DNA from: Deltaproteobacteria bacterium RIFCSPLOWO2_12_FULL_60_19
Lineage (GTDB): Bacteria; Desulfobacterota; Binatia; UBA9968
Direction: 5' to 3'
DNA length: 64,000 bases
NCBI GenBank assembly: GCA_001798595.1
Contig: MGSS01000051.1
Coordinates: 6,270-70,269, forward strand
Shown here: positions 49,334 to 58,347 of the stretch, piece by piece
How the letters are laid out: each line of letters opens with the position of its first letter
Position numbering within the stretch: the stretch's first letter is position 1
The notes under the pieces: model-generated
Database searches by the model: none
Seen by the model: only the letters and a program-made list of their open reading frames with translations
Told to the model about the DNA's origin: nothing
Position numbers and translations under genes: made by a program

Positions 49334-49705
49334 TTGGCGGAAACCGATTGGCAGGAGCCAAAGTGGGTGGGCATAAAGAAGCATCGCCCCCCGCCAGGAG
49401 TCCCGTGGGAGGATGTGGTCAAAGCCACCGCAGGGAAAAAGCCAGCTCGTTATCACCCGACGTATTCCTTGGACCGTGCGCGCGAGGAGTTGGAGCTCCG
49501 TTGCGTGCGACAAGGAACGGAATTGAGCATGAGTGGCACTGACCCGCAGACGAAGAGATGTTTTTTTATGAGGATGAACGCGGTAATCGGCGCGAGTAAC
49601 GGGGAAGAAACGGAGTATGTGTTTGGCGAATACTTGGTCAGCGGAGAGGTCCACGGCCGTCCAATCACAGTTCAAGAGCTTCGGAGAAAGGGGGCGGAAA
49701 TATGA
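49334..49705 (+). CDS. Hypothetical protein, islet ORF1. Start uncertain; ATG at 49528 with an AAGGAA RBS is an alternative.
   Basis: Open frame ending 1 nt after the ORF2 start (stop/start overlap ATGA). No recognisable motif. Confidence 0.3.
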   Translation: MAETDWQEPKWVGIKKHRPPPGVPWEDVVKATAGKKPARYHPTYSLDRAREELELRCVRQGTELSMSGTDPQTKRCFFMRMNAVIGASNGEETEYVFGEYLVSGEVHGRPITVQELRRKGAEI

Positions 49706-50076
49706 AAGTTGAGCTGCATCTGCCGGAAAACGTCGTGGTCAAAGGAGCGCTGTATACGACGACCGATCCCGCTTATCTGGTCCAGGACATGCTCGAGATC
49801 GACCTGCCAAACGGCATTACTATCGATGTCGGCTGGTATCCGGAATCCGACCCCGCGGGTTCGTTTCAGGTCGTCGTGTTCCGAGATCATTGGGATAACC
49901 AACTCAGAGAACCCTTTGAGACAAAATCTATCGAAGATGTGACACGCGAAGTGAAGCGTCTGGCGGAGGAATACCAAAACCGTACTGTTACATTGCCTTG
50001 TTCCGCAACCAGCATATCGTCGTTCAAACCGCCGCAGTCGGAAAAGGGCTTCGATCTTCAGTTGGCGGCTGCGTAG
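49702..50076 (+). CDS. Hypothetical protein, islet ORF2 (124 aa)
   Basis: Strong RBS GGGGGCGGAAAT before the ATG. Local GC ~52%. No recognisable family. Confidence 0.45.
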   Translation: MKVELHLPENVVVKGALYTTTDPAYLVQDMLEIDLPNGITIDVGWYPESDPAGSFQVVVFRDHWDNQLREPFETKSIEDVTREVKRLAEEYQNRTVTLPCSATSISSFKPPQSEKGFDLQLAAA

Positions 50077-50077
50077 T

Positions 50078-50521
50078 ATGCCTAAGCCGGTCTATATCAT
50101 TTGTTCCCAGGGCGGATCAGAGGACAAGAATACCGGCTTGGTAAGCCTATTCAACGTAGTCGAAAAAATCCAGATCATAGAGAGCCCGCCACCTGCGTCT
50201 GGACAGCAACCCCCTCCTAAAACACCCACCTTTCGCACACTGGCTGTGTGGATGAGAGCCGATTCGGATAAACCGGAGGACGAATTCGAATTCGAAGTTG
50301 CCCTGTCTGTGCCGCCGACCGATCGAGAAATCGTTGGCGGCACGGGACGTTTCTCATTTACAAAACCGCTGCACAGGTTTTTCCTTGACTTTTTTGGTCT
50401 ACCCATCGAGGGGCCGGGAACCTTGCTCGTGGAAAGTAGGATTCGAAAAGTTGGCGACAAGGAATGGCTCAGACAGAGCTATCCTATTTTTTTGGAACGA
50501 GTACAAGAGCAAACGAAGTGA
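50078..50521 (+). CDS. Hypothetical protein, islet ORF3 (147 aa), distant paralog of 51069-51476
   Basis: Starts 2 nt after the ORF2 stop. Shares MP-x6-C...K-x-G-x-VSL...FR...FE-EV pattern with the ORF on the other side of tRNA-Leu. Confidence 0.45.
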   Translation: MPKPVYIICSQGGSEDKNTGLVSLFNVVEKIQIIESPPPASGQQPPPKTPTFRTLAVWMRADSDKPEDEFEFEVALSVPPTDREIVGGTGRFSFTKPLHRFFLDFFGLPIEGPGTLLVESRIRKVGDKEWLRQSYPIFLERVQEQTK

Positions 50522-50742
50522 AGGCTTCGTTAGGGTAGGCATAGAGTCACTAAGGACGAACAAATTCGGCCAAACCCATACCTGGCACATACAATAATCG
50601 CGCACTCAAGGAACCCCATACCGTTAGCAATGCCCCTGGATAGCGCAACGCTCCAGTTATCTTCTTCCGCATACCGGTCTCTTTCGGCTCCGATGAACTC
50701 AGAGAGGGCGTTCACAGCATTAGACAAATTCATTATCGCTTT

Positions 50743-50833
50743 TGGTGCCCGGAGCCGGGGTCGAACCGGCACGGAGCCTTGCGGCTCCTCGGGATTTTAA
50801 GTCCCGTGTGTCTACCAATTTCACCATCCGGGC
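50743..50833 (-). tRNA. tRNA-Leu (anticodon TAA), class II with long variable arm
   Basis: Reverse complement GCCCGGATGGTGAAATTGGTAGACACACGGGACTTAAAATCCCGAGGAGCCGCAAGGCTCCGTGCCGGTTCGACCCCGGCTCCGGGCACCA. The acceptor stem GCCCGGA/TCCGGGC pairs perfectly. Anticodon loop CTTAAAA. Confidence 0.85.
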
Positions 50834-51068
50834 GCGTGCAGAAAAGGCAGAAGGCCCCTCGACCGTTCGACGGCGCTCACGGCTCAAGGCAGACAAAAGG
50901 CAGGAGGCAAGAGGCCCCCTACCCCCACCGCCAACAGGATTGTAGACTACACAAATGAGCGAGAAATGAAAACCGGCGTAATCCAGCTCCGAAGCAACCA
51001 AACAGCGGTGTCACGGCCTGGGCAACCGGAATGTTCAAATCTTTAGAGGAGGCAGACCTGAAGCGTGA

Positions 51069-51476
51069 TCACTGAACTAAAGGAGGGCGGAGGACCTCTG
51101 CCTCGAATGGCAGAACGTGGAATGTTTGGCTATCAGAAAGAAAAGCAAACTCGTAGCCGCCGGGCCTCGGCAGCTTAAGGCTATCCATCCCCAGATTAAT
51201 ATCGGCAGTATAAAGATTTGTTACTTGGTCCCGTGTTTCAACGTGTGCGACGCCACGAATCTGGAAAATTCTCTGTCCTTCAGCGCTGCGGAGTTCCACC
51301 ACGATTTGATGATCTCCTTCACCTTCAAAACCCAGCTTCGCAAAAATCCGAAACGGCGGCATCGGTTGACTGAAGTCCGTCACCAAGAACCTACTAAAAA
51401 TTCCCATTAGGCTGACCTTTCCCTTGAGTTCCTGCCTCACATCGTCACAAAGGGCAGCCATTAACGCTCTTGGCAT
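51069..51476 (-). CDS. Hypothetical protein (135 aa), distant paralog of islet ORF3
   Basis: MPRALMAALCDDVRQELKGKVSLMGIF...FRIFAKLGFEGEGDHQIVVEL aligns with MPKPVYIICSQGGSEDKNTGLVSLFNV...FRTLAVWMRADSD...FEFEVAL. Confidence 0.4.
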   Translation of the reverse strand: MPRALMAALCDDVRQELKGKVSLMGIFSRFLVTDFSQPMPPFRIFAKLGFEGEGDHQIVVELRSAEGQRIFQIRGVAHVETRDQVTNLYTADINLGMDSLKLPRPGGYEFAFLSDSQTFHVLPFEAEVLRPPLVQ

Positions 51477-51477
51477 G

Positions 51478-51879
51478 CTAGATACTACCTTCCATATCCT
51501 TGGACCGTTTCATTGCAACTTTCGCCGCTTCCGTCGCACATGTTGCCATCTCTGCCCCTTTATTCTCCGGTCTTAGATCCTCAGGCAAGACAAGCGACAG
51601 CTGCGTGAGAAGGGGGTCCTTGCCCACATAACTGCGATCTATTATTACAAGTGGCACCACTCCACCTTCTTGAACAGGGGTTGGAAGGTTAAATCCTTTG
51701 TCTTTGGCCGTTTCCAGCCATGCATGCAACGCCTCTCTCAGCTCCTTCACCGCTTCCGCTAAAGTCGAGCCAAGGCCGGATAACTCTGGAAGTTCTACAA
51801 AAGTAGCTACAAACTCCCTATCTTCTGGCGACCAAGAAATGTAGTAGCTGTATTGAGGAAGCTCCATTTGCTCTTCCAT
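51478..51879 (-). CDS. hicB: HicB-family antitoxin (UPF0150 N-terminal fold)
   Basis: YSYYISWSPEDREFVATFVELPELSGLGSTLAEAVKELREALHAWLE matches the HicB N-terminal domain. Lies downstream of the HicA-like gene. Confidence 0.6.
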   Translation of the reverse strand: MEEQMELPQYSYYISWSPEDREFVATFVELPELSGLGSTLAEAVKELREALHAWLETAKDKGFNLPTPVQEGGVVPLVIIDRSYVGKDPLLTQLSLVLPEDLRPENKGAEMATCATEAAKVAMKRSKDMEGSI

Positions 51880-51905
51880 GACTACCGCCTCCTTCTTGAA
51901 CTCTC

Positions 51906-52175
51906 TCAGGCTATTATCCCCAACTCCCGTGCCATTTCCAACATCTGGCGAACCTGGTAAGCCTTGGCCTTACCGTTGGGTCCTTTTTGAAGGTTCAAAG
52001 GCCTGGGATACGTGCTGCGTAATTGATGACCGCGTGGATGAAAAAATACAACGTGGCTGCCCCTTCGTCTCGACTCAATCCAGCCCAATTGTGTAGCTAA
52101 CTTGACTGCGTCATCAAACCAGACGTCTTCCGGGTTGCTTTTCGCTGCTCTAAGAAGTGCCTCGTCTATAGCCAT
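51906..52175 (-). CDS. hicA: HicA-family mRNA interferase toxin (YcfA-like)
   Basis: ...LGWIESRRRGSHVVFFHPRG... matches the HicA G-S-H-x-x-F-x-HP core. 89 aa. Confidence 0.6.
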   Translation of the reverse strand: MAIDEALLRAAKSNPEDVWFDDAVKLATQLGWIESRRRGSHVVFFHPRGHQLRSTYPRPLNLQKGPNGKAKAYQVRQMLEMARELGIIA

Positions 52176-52517
52176 TCACACGCACCGCTTATAGCAGGTC
52201 AGCTTTAATATGCAACCTGACCACACGTATGTGTTGACATTCGGGTGGCCGCCGGCGGATCGTCGCCTTTGCCGCCCCTAGGTGGATACAAATTGCGTTC
52301 CTGAGTTCAAGAACCTACGCCGGATCTGGTAAGGACACCGGAGAGCTTGCTCGGATTCACCGCTTTTAGGCCGCGCAATCGTTACAGACTATCTATTAAA
52401 AAACCCTGCTTCCAGGCGGGTCAAAAAGGCCGGACCTGAGCTAAGCCGAAGGTTCCCAGTTGCAAGGCGCACGAAGGTTCGCGAATGGCAAATGGGCCTT
52501 TTTCAACCGCCTGCGAC

Positions 52518-54665
52518 TCAAACAAACAGCGGCGCAAGGACGAGCGTGATCGTGCTCAAAAGCTTGATCAACACGTGGAGGCTCGGCCCCGCCGTGTCTT
52601 TGAACGGATCGCCGACCGTATCGCCGACCACTGCTGCCTTGTGAGTGTCCGAGCCCTTGCCGCCATATTGCCCCATCTCGATAAATTTCTTCGCGTTATC
52701 CCAGGCGCCGCCACTGTTGTTCAGGAACAGCGCCATGAGTATCCCGGCGATGGTGCCGACCATCAAGAAAGCCGCTACCGCCTCGGCGCCGACACCCAGG
52801 AAGCGAAAGGTCACGCCGACGGCGACCGGCATTCCGACAGCGAGAAGACCCGGAACCACCATCTCCTTCAAAGCGCCTACGGTGACGATGTCCACGCACT
52901 TGCCATAGTCCGGCTTGGAGGTGCCCTTGAGAATGCCGGGGTTCTCCTTGAACTGTCTTCGGACTTCGTTGATCACGTAGTAAGCGGCCTTGCCCACGGC
53001 GCGAATGGCGAGCGCGGAAAAGAGAAAGACCAGCATCGCGCCGAGAAGTCCGCCGACAAAAACTTCCGGCTTGGCGATGTTGACCGATTCCAATTTCGCG
53101 CCGTAATGCGCCACCTCGTCGAGATAGGCCGAGAAAAGAAGAAAAGCCGCCAGCGCCGCCGAGCCGATGGCGTATCCCTTGGTGAGTGCCTTGGTGGTAT
53201 TTCCGACCGCGTCGAGACGATCGGTCTTGCGGCGCACCTCCTCCGGCTGCTGGCTCATCTCGACGATTCCGCCGGCATTATCCGTGATGGGACCAAATGT
53301 GTCCATCGCTAAAATATAGGCGGCGGTGCCTAACATACCCATGGTCGCGACCGCGGTGCCGAACAGGCCGGCGTGTGGAACGCCGCTCGCCAGGCCTAAA
53401 TAATAAGAAGCGACGATGGAGATGGAGATAACGACGACGGGAATGGCCGTGCATTCCAGCCCAACCGCCATGCCGGTGATGATGTTGGTCGCCGGTCCGG
53501 TTTGGGAAGCCTCGGCAATGGATCTCACCGGGCGGAATTTGTATTCCGTATAGTACTGCGTGATGTAGACAAACGCCTGGGCCATAGCGATGCCGATGAC
53601 TCCGCAAAGGAAAAAGTAGAACCACGCCGATTCGGCTTCGGGGTGGACTACGGCATCGACGGTGAGAAGCCAACGCGTGGCAATGAAAAATCCGATGACG
53701 GCGAGGAACGTCGTCACGTAGTAGCCGCGGTTGAGAGCGGCCATCGGGTCGCCTTTTTCCTCGGTCTTGACGACCATGACGCCGACGATGGAAGCGATCA
53801 ATCCTAAAGCGCGGGCGACCAGGGGAAACAAAATGCCCTTCAGTCCGAAGTACGGGAACAGGCCGACGCCGAGGATCATCGCGCCGATATTTTCCGCGGC
53901 GGTGGACTCGAAGAGGTCGGCGCCTCTGCCGGCGCAATCCCCGACGTTGTCTCCCACAAGGTCGGCGATGACCGCCGGATTGCGCGGATCGTCTTCCGGT
54001 ATCCCCGCCTCAACTTTCCCCACTAGATCGGCCCCCACGTCCGCCGCCTTGGTGTAGATGCCGCCGCCCAACTGAGCGAACAAAGCGACAAACGAAGCGC
54101 CGAAGCCATAGCCGACGATCGTGAACGGGATTTTCTGCGGGTCGTGGCCCATCGATTGGAGCAGAGCGTAGAGTCCGCCGACCCCGAGCAGGCTCATCGC
54201 GACTACGAACAATCCGGAAACCGCGCCGCCGCGCAGCGCGATGCGCAGCGCGTCATTCAAACTTGTTCTTACGGCCGAGGCGGTGCGGATGTTGGCCCGG
54301 ATCGACACCCACATGCCGATATAGCCAGCGATCACCGAGCACAGCGCGCCGAGCACGAAGGAAAGAGTCGTCCAGAAGGCCAGCTCAAGGGGCGGGACAG
54401 GATCGGCCGAATTCGGCGCGCGCACGAAACCATAAAGGATGAAGATCAACGCCGCCAGCACGACGGCCAGCGTAACGATGGTTTTGTTCTGCCGCGCCAG
54501 AAAGGCCTCCGCGCCTTCTTTGATGGCGTTGGAGATGTCCTGCATCGCTTGTGTTCCCGTGTCCCTACGCAACACCCAGCGCGCCAGGTACACGGCGAAC
54601 ACCAAGGATACAAGACTGATGACGATGACGAATGGGATCATGAGCCAATCCTTTCTCGAAGACAA
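52518..54665 (-). CDS. hppA: Membrane-bound proton/sodium-translocating pyrophosphatase
   Basis: 715 aa, ~16 TM. Conserved GGG/DNVGDNVGD-like motifs (DLVGDNVGDCAGRGADLFES, AVVGDTVGDPFKDTAGPSL). Confidence 0.9.
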   Translation of the reverse strand: MSSRKDWLMIPFVIVISLVSLVFAVYLARWVLRRDTGTQAMQDISNAIKEGAEAFLARQNKTIVTLAVVLAALIFILYGFVRAPNSADPVPPLELAFWTTLSFVLGALCSVIAGYIGMWVSIRANIRTASAVRTSLNDALRIALRGGAVSGLFVVAMSLLGVGGLYALLQSMGHDPQKIPFTIVGYGFGASFVALFAQLGGGIYTKAADVGADLVGKVEAGIPEDDPRNPAVIADLVGDNVGDCAGRGADLFESTAAENIGAMILGVGLFPYFGLKGILFPLVARALGLIASIVGVMVVKTEEKGDPMAALNRGYYVTTFLAVIGFFIATRWLLTVDAVVHPEAESAWFYFFLCGVIGIAMAQAFVYITQYYTEYKFRPVRSIAEASQTGPATNIITGMAVGLECTAIPVVVISISIVASYYLGLASGVPHAGLFGTAVATMGMLGTAAYILAMDTFGPITDNAGGIVEMSQQPEEVRRKTDRLDAVGNTTKALTKGYAIGSAALAAFLLFSAYLDEVAHYGAKLESVNIAKPEVFVGGLLGAMLVFLFSALAIRAVGKAAYYVINEVRRQFKENPGILKGTSKPDYGKCVDIVTVGALKEMVVPGLLAVGMPVAVGVTFRFLGVGAEAVAAFLMVGTIAGILMALFLNNSGGAWDNAKKFIEMGQYGGKGSDTHKAAVVGDTVGDPFKDTAGPSLHVLIKLLSTITLVLAPLFV

Positions 54666-54669
54666 CTTC

Positions 54670-55398
54670 TCACGTTTGTTTGCGCCATATATAGGCGACC
54701 CCGATACTTAAGAGGTAGAGCAGAAGCATGGGCAGGGCCAGCAGCGTCTGGTTGACGATATCCGGCGTGGGCGTCAGTATCGCGGCGATGACGAAAACCA
54801 AAACAACCGCATAGCGGCACGACCACCACATCGAGCGGTAGTTTACCAGCCCGACCCGCACCAGAAAGAAAGTAAAAACCGGCAGCTCGAAGGTAACGCC
54901 GAAGGCCAGCACCATGCGGAAAAAGAAGCTGAAGTATTCGCCGATGCGGATCTCCGGCGCGACTGCGAGCGAGCGGTACTGATCGATGAAGTAGCCGAAG
55001 GCGACCGGAAGCACCACGCGATAGCAGAAATAGGCGCCGCCGATAAAGAAGAAGGTAGCGCAGAGCACGAAGGGGACGACCATCCGCTTCTCCCCGCCGA
55101 GCAGCCCGGGCGCGACGAAGCGCCAGATCTGATAGAAAACCAGCGGCGACGCCAAAAAGAGCCCCGCGACCAGAGCTACTTTCATTTCAATGAAGAACGC
55201 CTCGGCGACGCCGGTGCCGATAAGGCTCTGGTCCGGCCGAAGCGTCTGTTTTAAAGGAGCGACCATAAAGGCGAAAATCTGATCCGAAACAGCGTAACTC
55301 AGCACAAAAGCGACGACGACCGCCGCAAAGGCTTTCAGCAGGCGCCACCGGAGCTCTTCCAGGTGATCCGTAAACGTCAGGTAAGAATCCATCGTCAC
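54670..55398 (-). CDS. tatC: Twin-arginine translocase subunit TatC
   Basis: LTFTDHLEELRWRLLK start. 6-TM TatC pattern. Confidence 0.85.
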   Translation of the reverse strand: MTMDSYLTFTDHLEELRWRLLKAFAAVVVAFVLSYAVSDQIFAFMVAPLKQTLRPDQSLIGTGVAEAFFIEMKVALVAGLFLASPLVFYQIWRFVAPGLLGGEKRMVVPFVLCATFFFIGGAYFCYRVVLPVAFGYFIDQYRSLAVAPEIRIGEYFSFFFRMVLAFGVTFELPVFTFFLVRVGLVNYRSMWWSCRYAVVLVFVIAAILTPTPDIVNQTLLALPMLLLYLLSIGVAYIWRKQT

Positions 55399-55495
55399 AC
55401 CGCCTCTGCCCTACCTGAAAAACATACAAAAAAGGGGAAGGATACGAACCCTTCCCCTTTCTAGGCCACGGAAACCAACTAAGGTAAAATGACCC

Positions 55496-55756
55496 TTACT
55501 TGGATTTCTTCGTCTCGGCTTTCTTCTCCATCGGCTTGCTCTCGGCAGGCGCCATCGGCGCTGCCGGGGCCGCCTCGCCGGCTGGAGCAGGAGCCATCGC
55601 ACCCGGCTCGCCGGGCGCTGCAGCTTCCGGTGCCGCCGGCGCCATCGGCGCGGGGGCCGGAGCAGGCGCTGGTTCTTCTTTCTTACCGCAACCGGCGGAT
55701 GCCAGGGTTAAACTGAACAGGGCCGCTGCTGACCATAAAATAACTTTATTTCCCAT
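55496..55756 (-). CDS. Small Ala/Pro-rich lipoprotein
   Basis: Lipobox LTLASAGCGKK followed by (PAPA/APAAP) low-complexity repeats. 86 aa. Confidence 0.4.
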   Translation of the reverse strand: MGNKVILWSAAALFSLTLASAGCGKKEEPAPAPAPAPMAPAAPEAAAPGEPGAMAPAPAGEAAPAAPMAPAESKPMEKKAETKKSK

Positions 55757-55961
55757 CTTTGTTCACCTCCTTTCCAAAAATCGAAAAGCTTTTTACTAAG
55801 CATTTTGTATTGCATAACTCCACGCCACTTGCAAGCGCAAGGGCGGCATCCCGTGGGAATCGAGAACGCAACTGAACAACCGAGTGAGCCTTTGGAAGCG
55901 GAATTTCGACCTTTCATCTGCGAGTCTGCACTCGCTTCACAAGCGCGACGTTTTCTTCTTC

Positions 55962-55999
55962 GGAAAAAAAGCGGCAAAAAGTTGCGCGCCGCTTTTTAG
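55962..55999. terminator. Bidirectional terminator-like hairpin in a ~470-bp intergenic region
   Basis: AAAAAAAGCGGCAAAAAGTTGCGCGCCGCTTTTTAGCGG. GC stem flanked by A-run and T-run. Confidence 0.5.
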
Positions 56000-56223
56000 C
56001 GGAACACAACAAAGTCAGTTGGAGCGGCAACTCGACAGAGAAAATTTTCTCCAACCCTTGGGGGTAGAACGACTATCGGCCGGTCGGCCGAAGGCTTAGC
56101 AACACCGAAGCTGTTTATAAGTTGTTGATAAGTCCTGCCGAAGGCGGGTCGCAAGCCGAAAAATAGCTTGGCGGAGCGGATTGCCCAGATTCTCATCAGA
56201 TAAACAATAGCAATATTAGTAGG

Positions 56224-57885
56224 TTAAGTAGTTTTTCCTAGAAGTCGCCCTCTCGCCCAACGCAGTAAAGCTTCCACTATCCTATGCTCCGGCCCTCGAA
56301 TCACGAAAGTCAGCGCCAGATAGATGACCACCCCGCTTCCCAGCATGACTAAAAAAACCGCACCGCGCGTAAGCAGGCTGTTCCCGGCTCCCAGCCAGTC
56401 GATGCGCCCGGCAAGCAAGACAAGAGGGGCCGCCATGAGCGACGAACTGAGCAGACTGCGGCCGAACGAGCGCCAAAATTCATTCCACGGAAAGCCGCCG
56501 AGGCGGCGATCGAGAATCAAAAGCAGGACGAGGAACTGGCATGTGGAAGATACGGACGTAGCCAAAGCCAACCCGCCATGCGACAGAGAAAACAGGTTGA
56601 GGCTCTGAGACAGCGCCGCGACCGAGCGCAGGAGTAAGTTGGATTCCGGCGAGACCGAGATCGGCCCCATAAAAACCAGGCTCAAAAGTAAGTTGAAAAC
56701 GAAAGACCAAAAACCGACCCATACCGGAGTCCGGGTGTCTTCCATGGCGTAAAACACCGGAATCACCAACTTCGCCCCTGAAACCCCCCACAAACCGAGA
56801 GAAAAATAGATGAGCGCCTGCGCGGTGCTGAGCGTCGTTTGCGCGTCGAAGGCGCCGCGCTGAAACAGGAGGGAGAGGACGGGAACCGCGAGGACCATCA
56901 GGCCCAAAGTGCACGGCAGGGAGATGCAGTTCGAGATCTGGAGCGAATAGGAAAGCGTCGATTTCAGCTCCTCATGTTCCCTTCTGGCCACCAACGAAGA
57001 AAAGCTCGGCAGCACGGCCGTTCCCAAAGCGACCGCGAAAACCCCCAAAGGAAATTGCAGGAACCGGTCCGCATAATAAAGGTAGGAGACGCTGCCTTCC
57101 GGCAGCATGGAGGCCAAAACAGTGCTGACCAGGACGTTCACTTGATAGACGGCGGCGCCGAAGACCGTCGGCGCCATGAGAAGGAGCAGCCGCTTGAGCG
57201 CCGGATCTCGGAAATGATAATCCGGAGCATAGCGGAGCCCTTCGCGCGACAGGTAGGGCAATTGCAACAGGAGCTGGACGACTCCTCCCAGCAGCACGCC
57301 GTAGCCCAGGCTGACCGCCGGCTCGTCGAGCAACGGCGGAAGCAAGAACGCGCACAGGATAATAGAGAGGTTGAGCAGGACCGGCGAGAGGGCCGGCGCC
57401 ATGAAGTGCCGTATCGAGTTAAGCACCCCCATCGCCAGGGCCACCAGACTGATAAAAAAAATATAGGGGAACATCAGCCGCGTGAGAAAAACCGTGAGGG
57501 AGAATTTTTCCGGATCCGTCGCGAACCCGGGGGCGAACAGACGCGTCAAGGGCGCCGCAAAAATCATCCCCAGAACCGTCACGGCCCCCAACGTCACGAC
57601 GGCGAATGTGGCGATGACGCGCGTGATTCTCAACGCCTCGTCTTTGCCCCGCCTGGTTAAATAGTCGGTAAAGATCGGAACGAATCCGGTGGTCAGCGCG
57701 CCCTCAGCGGTCAACCGGCGCAACAAGTTGGGAATCCGAAAGGCTACATAGAAGGCATCGGCGACTCCCTGCGCCCCGAACAGATAGCCCACCGCCATGT
57801 CGCGGAGCAACCCCATGATCCGGCTGAGCAAGGTGAAGAACCCAATCACCCCGGCCGCTCGCGCGATCCTTCCGGTCTCATCCAT
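56224..57885 (-). CDS. murJ: Lipid II flippase MurJ (MviN)
   Basis: 553 aa, ~14 TM. MurJ-type N-terminus (FFTLLSRIMGLLRDMAVGYLFGA). Confidence 0.8.
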   Translation of the reverse strand: MDETGRIARAAGVIGFFTLLSRIMGLLRDMAVGYLFGAQGVADAFYVAFRIPNLLRRLTAEGALTTGFVPIFTDYLTRRGKDEALRITRVIATFAVVTLGAVTVLGMIFAAPLTRLFAPGFATDPEKFSLTVFLTRLMFPYIFFISLVALAMGVLNSIRHFMAPALSPVLLNLSIILCAFLLPPLLDEPAVSLGYGVLLGGVVQLLLQLPYLSREGLRYAPDYHFRDPALKRLLLLMAPTVFGAAVYQVNVLVSTVLASMLPEGSVSYLYYADRFLQFPLGVFAVALGTAVLPSFSSLVARREHEELKSTLSYSLQISNCISLPCTLGLMVLAVPVLSLLFQRGAFDAQTTLSTAQALIYFSLGLWGVSGAKLVIPVFYAMEDTRTPVWVGFWSFVFNLLLSLVFMGPISVSPESNLLLRSVAALSQSLNLFSLSHGGLALATSVSSTCQFLVLLLILDRRLGGFPWNEFWRSFGRSLLSSSLMAAPLVLLAGRIDWLGAGNSLLTRGAVFLVMLGSGVVIYLALTFVIRGPEHRIVEALLRWARGRLLGKTT

Positions 57886-57946
57886 CTTTATTGACTCCCT
57901 CGGAAGCAGATGATAAGGGAAAGTAAAAAGTTAGCGGAGGTAACCT

Positions 57947-58216
57947 TTGATTATACACCCATCAGCCATCAAACGTCACCGGCAAAGCCTGAAGAAAAGG
58001 GCTAAGAACAAGGAAGCCAAGTCCCGGATACGAACCCTGATTAAGAAAGTCCATCAGGCGATAGAGGCAAAGAACCGAGAGGTCGCCTCGCTTCATCTGA
58101 GAGAGGTCAACCGGGCTCTCGGTAAAGCGGTAAGTCAAGGGATTCTGAAGCGAAACACCGCGTCCCGCTGGTTGTCTCGCCTCGCCCGCTCGGCCAGCCA
58201 ACTCGTCGCCGCCTAG
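57947..58216 (+). CDS. rpsT: 30S ribosomal protein S20
   Basis: ...SAIKRHRQSLKKRAKNKEAKSRIRTLIKKVHQAIEAKN... Start codon position uncertain. The TAG stop lies inside the terminal CTAG of the repeat. Confidence 0.8.
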   Translation: MIIHPSAIKRHRQSLKKRAKNKEAKSRIRTLIKKVHQAIEAKNREVASLHLREVNRALGKAVSQGILKRNTASRWLSRLARSASQLVAA

Positions 58217-58347
58217 CAGGATGCTGAAAAAAACCACTCGTGCTTCGAGAGCCAGCACGAACGGAAATTCTCCAATGATTTCAATCCATCCTCCGTTCGG
58301 CCTGAGCTTTGTCGAAGGATGAACGGAGTTTTTCAGCAACCTGCTAG
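58213..58347. repeat. ~135-bp nested-hairpin palindromic repeat, copy 2
   Basis: CTAGCAGGATGCTGAAAAAAA...TTTTTCAGCAACCTGCTAG. Both terminal CTAGs coincide with the stop codons of the convergent rpsT (+) and lptE-like (-) genes. Confidence 0.75.
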
